A stretch of 31,931 nt of DNA from Minisyncoccia bacterium (GTDB lineage Bacteria > Patescibacteriota > Minisyncoccia > Phycocordibacterales > UBA918). Below are positions 24,591 to 31,931 of the stretch, one piece after another (the first letter of the stretch is position 1; each line of letters opens with the position of its first letter). Where the stretch lies: NCBI GenBank assembly GCA_041589935.1, contig JBFHUT010000001.1:1-31931 (forward strand), written 5' to 3'. The notes beneath the pieces were generated by a model that did not search any database, was not told the origin of the DNA, and saw nothing but the letters and a program-made list of their open reading frames with translations. A program made the translations under genes and the position numbers.

Positions 24591-24626
24591 CTACCCCAAC
24601 CACCCCTGTGTTATGATGTGCCACAC

Positions 24627-26585
24627 ATGTCTCCCGCACCATATCTTGAAGGACTAAACGAACCACAAAAACAAGCTGTTCTTCACACCGATGGACCGCT
24701 GATGGTACTGGCTGGAGCTGGCTCTGGAAAGACTCGCGTCATCACGCACCGTATCGTTCACCTCATTCACCAAGGGGTCGCGCCACACAATATCCTCGCT
24801 GTTACTTTTACCAACAAAGCCGCTAAAGAAATGCGTGAACGTGTGATCAACCTCACTCAACAATACTTTCCTTCTGATCGGGCAGTTATTGATAGTCATC
24901 CGGTCGTTACCACGTTTCACTCCCTCGGTGTACGTATTTTACGAGAGTTTCACGACGTCTTAGGACTGCGCCGTCACTTCACTATCTACGACCGCAGCGA
25001 CAGCCAGAAAGCTGTTAAGCAATCAATCGAGCAAGCTGGCTATAACCCAAAGGAATTCGAACCCCGAAAGATTCTCTCCATCATTTCGCGCGCTAAAGGG
25101 GACGCGATGACTGTACTCGAGTTCAAAGACGCCGCCAATTCATTTCCCGAACAAGTCGCGGCCGAGGTATGGGAGAAATACGACGAGATCCTAAAGAATG
25201 AACACGCCCTCGACTTTGACGATCTCTTAGCCAAAACTCTACATCTCCTCAAGACTTACGGTCACGTCCGTGAAACCTTGCAACAACGCTACAAATACAT
25301 TCATGTTGATGAGTACCAGGACACCAACCGAGTGCAGTTTTCGATCATGGAACTGTTGGCTGGTGACGCTCAGAATGTTTGCGTAGTAGGGGACATCGAC
25401 CAGAACATCTACTCTTGGCGTGGGGCAGATATTAAAAATGTCCTACAGTTCGAACGTCATTTCCCCCGCGCTACTACCATTCTTTTGGAAGAAAACTACC
25501 GTTCAACCCAGACTATCATTGCCGCTAGTAACGACATCATTAAGAAGAACCAAAACCGCGTCGAAAAAACTGTCTTTACCAACAACCACGAGGGGGAAAA
25601 ACTAACACTCTACGCTGGTATGACGGGAACGGATGAAGCCGAGTACGTGGCTCTGACCGCCAAGTCACTAATCGCTGATGGCGCTGACCCAGCCTCAATT
25701 GCAGTACTTTACCGCACCAACTTCCAGTCCCGCTCACTGGAAGAGGCGTTTCTAAATTTCGAAGTACCCTATCAACTCCTCGGTACTAAGTTCTTTGAAC
25801 GAAAAGAGATTAAGGACGTCCTTTCGTACCTACGCTTAGCACTCAACCCTGGCAGCAACGCCGACCTTACTCGTATCATCAACTCACCAGCGCGAGGTAT
25901 CGGCAAGGTAACCATGCTTAAAGTAGTAGAAGGGAAGCGAGGTGATCTCAATGCTGGTGCAGCTGCTAAAGTGAAAGTGTTTGATGAAATCATGACCGAC
26001 ATTGCCAAGACTGCGACAGAAAAACCTTTATCTGACACTATAAAATTCATCATGAAGCGTAGCGGCATTGAAGCCGATCTGAAGGAAGAAGGGACTGAAG
26101 AAGCCCTCGAGCGCATAGAAAACTTGCGTGAGCTCGTTACTCTCGCCAGTCGCTTTAATGACCTCGATCCAAGCGAAGCTGTAGAACAACTCCTGGAAAA
26201 CGCGGCTCTCCAAAGCGACCAAGATGAACTAAAAGAAAAAGAGGAACAAAACGCTGTGCGCCTCATGACCATCCACGCCGCTAAAGGTCTAGAATTTTCT
26301 TACGTGTTTATTACCGGCCTCGAAGAAGGCCTCTTCCCCCACGAGCGCCTAGACGACGGTCGCACTGACCAAGAAGAAGAGCGTCGTCTCTTTTATGTAG
26401 CACTCACTCGGGCGGAGAAAAAAGTTTTTCTGACCTACGCCCACATGCGCACTATCTTTGGCAGCCAGCGCATCAACGTCCCGTCATCTTTCCTCAATGA
26501 CATCAGCACCAAACACGTCGAACAAGCCGAGCCAGACGGCCGGGGGCACAACTCAGGTTACGAAACCACAATTTATCTGGATTAA
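24627..26585 (+). CDS. uvrD: UvrD/PcrA superfamily-1 DNA helicase
   Basis: LNEPQ, AGAGSGKT, FTNKAAKEM, VDEYQDTN, VGDIDQNIYSWRGA, LEENYRS, TIHAAKGLEF, EERRLFYVALTRA. ATG 24627 is preferred because TGT-TATGAT at 24609-24617 overlaps the track's GTG 24618. Confidence 0.95.
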   Translation: MSPAPYLEGLNEPQKQAVLHTDGPLMVLAGAGSGKTRVITHRIVHLIHQGVAPHNILAVTFTNKAAKEMRERVINLTQQYFPSDRAVIDSHPVVTTFHSLGVRILREFHDVLGLRRHFTIYDRSDSQKAVKQSIEQAGYNPKEFEPRKILSIISRAKGDAMTVLEFKDAANSFPEQVAAEVWEKYDEILKNEHALDFDDLLAKTLHLLKTYGHVRETLQQRYKYIHVDEYQDTNRVQFSIMELLAGDAQNVCVVGDIDQNIYSWRGADIKNVLQFERHFPRATTILLEENYRSTQTIIAASNDIIKKNQNRVEKTVFTNNHEGEKLTLYAGMTGTDEAEYVALTAKSLIADGADPASIAVLYRTNFQSRSLEEAFLNFEVPYQLLGTKFFERKEIKDVLSYLRLALNPGSNADLTRIINSPARGIGKVTMLKVVEGKRGDLNAGAAAKVKVFDEIMTDIAKTATEKPLSDTIKFIMKRSGIEADLKEEGTEEALERIENLRELVTLASRFNDLDPSEAVEQLLENAALQSDQDELKEKEEQNAVRLMTIHAAKGLEFSYVFITGLEEGLFPHERLDDGRTDQEEERRLFYVALTRAEKKVFLTYAHMRTIFGSQRINVPSSFLNDISTKHVEQAEPDGRGHNSGYETTIYLD

Positions 26586-26695
26586 TTTGGTCTGAATAGA
26601 ACCAGCATGCGTTTCTGAAGACCTTGCGGAAGCTGTCTCCTAAACAGCTGAGCAGAGAACTTGATTCGTGTCTGAAGAAATGTATGCTGGTTCTT

Positions 26696-27520
26696 GTGAA
26701 AGAAAAGTTTCAACATAAAAAATCATTAGGGCAACACTTTCTGAATAGTGACTACGTGCCAAAACAGATGTGCGACGCGGCCGAACTGCAAGCAGGGGAT
26801 ACTGTGCTGGAAATTGGCCCGGGCACCGGCATTCTCACCAAGGAGATTTTGGCATATGGAGCCAAAGTTGTAGCAATTGAAGCCGACCAGCGCGCTATCG
26901 ACTCACTACAAGAAACTTTTGGCACAGAGCTAGCTAACGGCCAACTCACCATCCACCACCACGATGCTCGAGAATTAGATCCATCTCAATTTAACCTTGT
27001 AAAACAAGGCTATAAAGTAGTGTCTAATATCCCATATTACCTTTCCGGACGACTTTTTCGCAGCCTCTTAGACACCGACTGCCGACCAAACACCCTGGTC
27101 TTTCTTATTCAAAAAGAGGTGGCCGAACGAATTGCACGCGATCAAAAAGAATCCCTCCTCTCGCTCTCGATCAAAGCCTTCGGTGATCCTACATATATAT
27201 GTACAGTCAAAAGAGGGCACTTTACTCCGCCGCCCAAAATAGACTCTGCGGTTGTAAAAGTAGCAAATATTAATACCGAACGACTAAAAGAAGTCGACCT
27301 GCAGCACTTCTTCCGTCTACTCCACCTCGGCTTCGGCCAAAAACGCAAACAGCTCTTAGGTAATTTGTCTTCATCCTTCCTACGATCCGAACTAGAAACA
27401 CTATTTGCATCTTTAGCACTACCGCTTACTATCCGTGCGGAAGATGTTTCTCTTGCGCAGTGGGTGGAACTTTGTCAAAAAATCCCTTTTGAAGACAATC
27501 CACATCGCACCAACAGTTAA
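26696..27520 (+). CDS. rsmA: 16S rRNA m6,2A1518/1519 dimethyltransferase
   Basis: KKSLGQHFL, VLEIGPGTG, VVSNIPYY, QKEVAERI, FTPPPKIDSAV, FGQKRKQL. Start is GTG 26696 or ATG 26684 rather than TTG 26624. Confidence 0.95.
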   Translation: MKEKFQHKKSLGQHFLNSDYVPKQMCDAAELQAGDTVLEIGPGTGILTKEILAYGAKVVAIEADQRAIDSLQETFGTELANGQLTIHHHDARELDPSQFNLVKQGYKVVSNIPYYLSGRLFRSLLDTDCRPNTLVFLIQKEVAERIARDQKESLLSLSIKAFGDPTYICTVKRGHFTPPPKIDSAVVKVANINTERLKEVDLQHFFRLLHLGFGQKRKQLLGNLSSSFLRSELETLFASLALPLTIRAEDVSLAQWVELCQKIPFEDNPHRTNS

Positions 27521-27561
27521 TACACAAGTTATACACAACTCAGCTACAGGTGTGTGTAAAT
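27518..27561. promoter_or_regulatory. Cluster of DnaA-box-like 9-mers
   Basis: TTATACACA (27529-27537, fits TTWTNCACA), TAATACACA (27518-27526) and reverse-strand ATTTACACA (27553-27561). Confidence 0.4.
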
Positions 27562-27603
27562 AATCATAAAGTGCCACTTCTATGCTGCTATACTTAATAA
27601 CGT

Positions 27604-28506
27604 ATGCAGGGGCAGATTAACCCGAAGATTGTTGGCGCTACCGTAATTGGCTTTGCGTTGGTTGCTGGCGCCTACACCCTAACCAACTTTAGCAAGCCAC
27701 AACAAGCCAATACTCAACCCGCAGCGGTTAAGCAAGCCGCTGACGCACCGGTGAGAGTCGCTATTCCAGTCACAGACGCTGACAACAACGGTCTGGAGGA
27801 TTGGCGTGATGAATTTTTCACCACTCCTAAGCAAACCACTCCTACTATAGCCCACGCCACTTACACCCCACCTGATACTCTGTCTGGCCAAACTGGTATT
27901 GATTTTATGGTTGACGTAATTCGCAACAAGATGCTCGGACCAGCTGCCCAAGCCAATGAATACATTATCGATAAACACATCGACAGACTAGAAAAGGTAT
28001 CGGCCGTGACCTTGTATGACACCAAAGATATTTCTGTCCTTGAGGAGTGGGGAGATGAAGATATCGTTAATTACGCTAACACGCTGGCCACTATCTTCAT
28101 ATCCAATAGCGATGCCAGCTTAGATCATGAGCTAGATATTCTTGTTGATATTACACAGAATGGGAACACCGATCGTACCCCGGAACTAACAAGAGTTGCT
28201 GAAGTGTACGCTAAATACCGAGATGACGCTCTGCTTCTGCCGGTACCAAAGGAGTTTGCTAAGGAGCACCTAGACCTTATTAATACCTCTCATGCTGTCA
28301 GTGCGGATATTGAAGCCATGACACAAATTAACAACGACCCAATGGTCACTCTACTACGCCTCAAACGCTACGATGATGACATCGCCGGCCTGGTGACAGC
28401 TTCTAAGAATATGTTTTTGGCACTAGAGCCACATGCTGATTTATTTACCGTAGAGGACCCGGCTGTATTTTTCATTTTATTTAGTCCTGATTTACAAAGA
28501 CAATAA
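27604..28506 (+). CDS. Membrane-anchored hypothetical protein, first gene of the VirB6-like cluster
   Basis: N-terminal TM, D.DNNGLEDW.DE (EF-hand/Ca-loop-like) motif, helical C-terminal domain. Confidence 0.7.
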   Translation: MQGQINPKIVGATVIGFALVAGAYTLTNFSKPQQANTQPAAVKQAADAPVRVAIPVTDADNNGLEDWRDEFFTTPKQTTPTIAHATYTPPDTLSGQTGIDFMVDVIRNKMLGPAAQANEYIIDKHIDRLEKVSAVTLYDTKDISVLEEWGDEDIVNYANTLATIFISNSDASLDHELDILVDITQNGNTDRTPELTRVAEVYAKYRDDALLLPVPKEFAKEHLDLINTSHAVSADIEAMTQINNDPMVTLLRLKRYDDDIAGLVTASKNMFLALEPHADLFTVEDPAVFFILFSPDLQRQ

Positions 28507-28516
28507 CCATTTACTT

Positions 28517-29482
28517 ATGGATAATTTTTTTAACATTTTGAAAAAGGGAGTAGTAGCAACTGTTTTCTTCATGTTCGCTACTGTGATGGTCTATGTTCCC
28601 CAGGACTGGAACAGCATCAAAGAAGCCCAAGCGGGTGGTGCTACTGGCGGTGCGCTCGAAGTCACCCAGATGGCACAGTGGGCAGAAGACATTGCTTTTC
28701 ACGCTTCTCAACTAGCCCAACAAACCATCGTAGCGGTCTCAACCGCAGCTCTCCATGCTAAGGACTTGGTTGGGGACGGACTAGCTTGGGCTGCGCTTAA
28801 GAGCCTACTCAATACCATGGTGCAGGACCTAATCGCCTGGGCCCAAAGTGGTTTTGAGGGCAGACCCGCTTTTGTGAGCGACTTAAGGGGATTTTTAACT
28901 GCGGAAGCTGATCGTATGGCTGGAGAGTTCATCAGCAACGTCTCCCCGTCGCTTTGTTCTCCCTTCCGCTTAGATATTCAAGTGGCCCTCAATCTACACT
29001 ACAACCAGGTTGTACGCGAACGTGTGCAACCAGAATGTACCCTAACGGATGTGATAGATAATATCGAAACTTTCACCTCTGGCGCTCGCGGCAGCTTCAG
29101 CTCTGGTGGCTGGGACGACTGGCTAGACATCTCTGCCAATCCGGCCTCTTACTCTAAATACGGCGCTTATCTGGCCGCTGAGAGTAACTTAGAAATTGCT
29201 GTGGCTGAAAAGAAATTCGAGCAACATTCTCTTCTTGGCTTTGCTGACGGCTTCTTCTCGACCCGACAGTGCGAAATGATAGACAATGGTGATGGTACCT
29301 TTAATGAACATTGTGAGGTGGTCACTCCAGGTAAGTTGGTACAAGAAGCCCTTTCCTTCAACCTCGACACCGAGAGACAAATTCTCATCGAAGCTGATGA
29401 AATTCAAGAGCTTCTCGGCGCCTTTATCGCCGGTTTAGTACAACGAGCCTTTGAAGGGGCTGATGGTATCCTCGGACTCTAA
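28517..29482 (+). CDS. Exported/membrane hypothetical protein with paired Cys
   Basis: Signal-like N-terminus ending EAQA, W..GF.GRPAFV, LCSPF, CTL, GGWDDW, and QCE...HCEVVTPG. Confidence 0.72.
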   Translation: MDNFFNILKKGVVATVFFMFATVMVYVPQDWNSIKEAQAGGATGGALEVTQMAQWAEDIAFHASQLAQQTIVAVSTAALHAKDLVGDGLAWAALKSLLNTMVQDLIAWAQSGFEGRPAFVSDLRGFLTAEADRMAGEFISNVSPSLCSPFRLDIQVALNLHYNQVVRERVQPECTLTDVIDNIETFTSGARGSFSSGGWDDWLDISANPASYSKYGAYLAAESNLEIAVAEKKFEQHSLLGFADGFFSTRQCEMIDNGDGTFNEHCEVVTPGKLVQEALSFNLDTERQILIEADEIQELLGAFIAGLVQRAFEGADGILGL

Positions 29483-29503
29483 TCCTTCAATTGTATAAAT
29501 CCT

Positions 29504-31774
29504 ATGAAAAACCAACTACCAAAAAACTTCCTCCCCTTCAGCCTACTGGTTTTGGTTTTTATTGGCGTCCCTAACATATCCTTTGCTTTTACTGGTATTC
29601 TTTGGGATTTAGTTAGTGGTGTCTTTGGAATGTTTACCGCCATCGGTGGTTATCTCTTAAATTTTGCTGTGGGGAATTTAGTTGTTGGTTTTGGTGACTT
29701 TTACACACCCTTCGGGGATGCTGTTAGGGTAACCTGGAGCACTGTACGCGATGTCTTTAACCTGACATTTATTTTTGGCTTGGTCTACCTTGGCTTTAAG
29801 ATGATCTTAGGCAGTGACGATAGTGGTAGTCGTCGGTGGTTAGTACATATTATTCTAGCTGCTCTCCTTGTTAACTTCAGCCTTTTTATTACCCAGTTTA
29901 TTGTTGATGTTAGCAATATCCTCGCATCAGAAATTGTTACTGAGGCCTTCGAAAGTACAGATATATCAAACCTTTGGATGAATGAATGGGGCCTTAATGA
30001 GATGTGGGGATCAGGCGTACAAGGACAGGATACGGCAGGAGAGCTTGGTTTTATTTTTGGAGCCATGATCTTCTTCGTGGTAGCAGGCTTTGTCTTTGCG
30101 GCTGGAGCTTTTTTGCTCATCGTTCGCTTTGCCATGCTTTTGCTATACATGATGCTGTCACCTTTCATGTTCCTAGGCTGGGTATTCCCTGGTCTGCAGC
30201 ACCTTTCTTCTTCGTACTGGCGCAACTTCCTCAAGCGTGCTTTCTTTGCCCCGGCTTACATGTTGCTTCTTTATATGTCATTTGAAGTCCTCACGGGATA
30301 CTTTTCAACATTAGGTAACCCCGATTTTAGTGGCATATCTTCAGGAACATCCGTCGATAAAGGAGTCTCGTTTGCAAATACTTTTCCTCCATTCATACTA
30401 TCTGTGATCTTAATGTTCGCCTCGCTCTTTATCGCGCAACAAATGGGTGCCGAAGGCGCCAACGGAGCGATGAGATTTGCCCGCCGCGGCTCACAACTAG
30501 CCCTTACCCGCACCGGCCTTGGCCAATCAGCTCGAGCAATATCATACACTGGTGGTAAATACACAAAGCGATATATCGACCGTGCCCAAACTTCAAACAA
30601 CCGATTTGTGCGCGGCTTTCATCGCTGGAGCCCAGTATCAGACACACTAAATTCAGCCTCCTCTGCCATGAAGAATGCTAAGATGGGCACTTCTCGTACC
30701 TTAACTGACGCCCGGGCTCACCAACAAGGCATCAACAGAGAAGCCGACGACCGAAAAAAGCGCCGGGAAGCTTACGACGATTACAACACGGCTAACACTA
30801 AAGCTGAAGCTAATCGTCGTTGGGGTATGGAGAATGTTGCAAAACAAGCTGATAAGCAACGTCAGGATGCCGCCAACGTATTAGCGGCTAAGGTGCCTAA
30901 GATGTCGGATGAGGAGCTATTAGCCACCCCAGCCAAGGTTCTAGCTTCACCAGAATTTGCGCGAAACTTGACTGATGCGCAGATGAAGACTCTTGAAAAA
31001 TCTGGTGTTGTTAACACAAAGACATTCGCTGGAGTTAGAGACAATAGAGGTATCGGTACCTTTGCAGAGGCAATCGCTGGCTTAGAAAATATGTCGGCTA
31101 CCACCGATGATCTGGCTAAACACATGAACGATCTAGGTAAAGTTATAGGCAGTCTTTCCAACGAACGTAAACAAAGCCTAGCTGACGCGCAGCTATCTGA
31201 TCCTCGTATTGCCATGCACTTAACCGAGAAGGATCTAGAGAACTTCCAAGCGGCCGGCTTTGATAGTGCCAAACTAGACAGTATCAGGAAAGCGAAGGAA
31301 GATGGTCTAATGGCGATTGCCAGCGGCAATTACTCAGCCCTTAAACTCAAAGTTGATCCAGCTACCATTACCAATGAATTTAAGGATAAGCAACGGGCCG
31401 CGTTGATGAGCCAAAACACGGCCGTCGCTGGTCAATTACCGGTCAAGGTCTTCACCACGAAAGAAATGGCTCCGTTTATCACTCCTCAGGCTCTAGAACA
31501 ACGCATGCGCAACGGTGAAGTAACAAATAAAGACATCGAAGATATTGAGAAGCATGCCAACGAGTATATAGCCAACAAGGATAATAGGGTGGGGGACTAT
31601 TACAAAGTAGAAAACCGAGAACGTTACGCTAATCGAATGAAAAAGTGGAGTAGTAACAGCTTATCTGGAGGCAGTATCAAGATTAATAGTGTTCCAGGCA
31701 CCAAGGCTAAGACAGAAACAACCACTACAGACAACCCCCAAACCTCTGTACCCGAAGGGCCAAAATTGACATGA
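29504..31774 (+). CDS. TrbL/VirB6-like polytopic membrane protein with long soluble C-terminus
   Basis: W..VRDVFNL.FIF.L..., I.LAALLVNFSLF and LIVRF..LLL..MLSPF.FL..VFP...YW..F.K.AFFAP segments resemble VirB6/TrbL-like proteins of CPR. About 430-aa charged tail. Confidence 0.65.
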   Translation: MKNQLPKNFLPFSLLVLVFIGVPNISFAFTGILWDLVSGVFGMFTAIGGYLLNFAVGNLVVGFGDFYTPFGDAVRVTWSTVRDVFNLTFIFGLVYLGFKMILGSDDSGSRRWLVHIILAALLVNFSLFITQFIVDVSNILASEIVTEAFESTDISNLWMNEWGLNEMWGSGVQGQDTAGELGFIFGAMIFFVVAGFVFAAGAFLLIVRFAMLLLYMMLSPFMFLGWVFPGLQHLSSSYWRNFLKRAFFAPAYMLLLYMSFEVLTGYFSTLGNPDFSGISSGTSVDKGVSFANTFPPFILSVILMFASLFIAQQMGAEGANGAMRFARRGSQLALTRTGLGQSARAISYTGGKYTKRYIDRAQTSNNRFVRGFHRWSPVSDTLNSASSAMKNAKMGTSRTLTDARAHQQGINREADDRKKRREAYDDYNTANTKAEANRRWGMENVAKQADKQRQDAANVLAAKVPKMSDEELLATPAKVLASPEFARNLTDAQMKTLEKSGVVNTKTFAGVRDNRGIGTFAEAIAGLENMSATTDDLAKHMNDLGKVIGSLSNERKQSLADAQLSDPRIAMHLTEKDLENFQAAGFDSAKLDSIRKAKEDGLMAIASGNYSALKLKVDPATITNEFKDKQRAALMSQNTAVAGQLPVKVFTTKEMAPFITPQALEQRMRNGEVTNKDIEDIEKHANEYIANKDNRVGDYYKVENRERYANRMKKWSSNSLSGGSIKINSVPGTKAKTETTTTDNPQTSVPEGPKLT

Positions 31775-31853
31775 GCACAGATGTCAATGTCGCCGTTAAA
31801 GACCGCGATCCACAAAAATAACCGATAAATAAAACTAGCCAATTAAATTATTT

Positions 31854-31931
31854 ATGTACGATTGGGAAACCCTACAAAAAGCTTTACAGCAAGCTACACC
31901 TGAGCAGCTAGCAGCCCTTGATGAAGCTAAA
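31854..31931 (+). CDS. 5' fragment of a hypothetical protein running off the window
   Basis: ATG after AT-rich ATTATTT. MYDWETLQKALQQATPEQLAALDEAK stays open to the window end. Confidence 0.55.
   Translation, partial: MYDWETLQKALQQATPEQLAALDEAK

Noticed and set aside
26600-26660. Hammerhead-like core (CTGAAGA, short stem, GAAG, AGCTGT/ACAGCT stem)
   Set aside because: It has GAAG rather than GAAA, lacks the A15.1-U16.1 pair, stem II is only 1-2 bp and stem I is very weak.
31771-31821. 16-codon ORF overlapping the VirB6-like stop (ATGA)
   Set aside because: It is too short, has no supporting features, and the next plausible gene starts at 31854.
169-31842. Numerous antisense or nested ORFs in the track (e.g. 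169-612, 13635-14147, 25772-26272, 29785-30234, 30862-31329)
   Set aside because: These are shadow frames of well-supported genes on the opposite strand or in another frame, with no recognisable motifs or start signals.

Overview
The window looks like a chromosomal segment of a small-genome Patescibacteria (CPR) bacterium, probably Parcubacteria and possibly Kaiserbacteria-like. This is inferred from gene content, Parcubacteria-style hypothetical proteins and scarce Shine-Dalgarno sites; TGA is used as stop (code 11). Recognisable housekeeping genes are cspA, a Xer-type recombinase, rpsO, a NYN nuclease, pnp, a DksA/TraR-like gene, comM, uvrD/pcrA and rsmA. Also present are a YhhQ queuosine-precursor transporter, a TauE/DsbD_2 plus cupredoxin pair, envelope enzymes (two M14 paralogs, a LysM-M23 protein), several stand-alone orphan ORFs, and the start of a TrbL/VirB6-like membrane-protein cluster. 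I saw no rRNA, tRNA, CRISPR array, transposase or reverse transcriptase. Most unusual signals: (1) a membrane-tethered ClpA/B-like AAA+ protein with a degenerate first ring, no aromatic pore loops and no ClpP-docking loop, preceded by a small partner gene; (2) an M14 carboxypeptidase paired with a paralog lacking its catalytic residues; (3) several unannotated switch-like RNA leaders, including a leader-peptide attenuator before a GNAT, a pseudoknot/terminator switch before NYN, a terminator leader before LysM-M23, a 28-bp pnp helix, an rpsO leader and a candidate sRNA; (4) a wobble-diverged copy of the LysM-M23 3' end that resembles an integration scar; (5) DnaA-box matches near envelope-gene promoters; (6) widespread leaderless promoter geometry. 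All structures were paired by eye, and no searches or folding programs were run.
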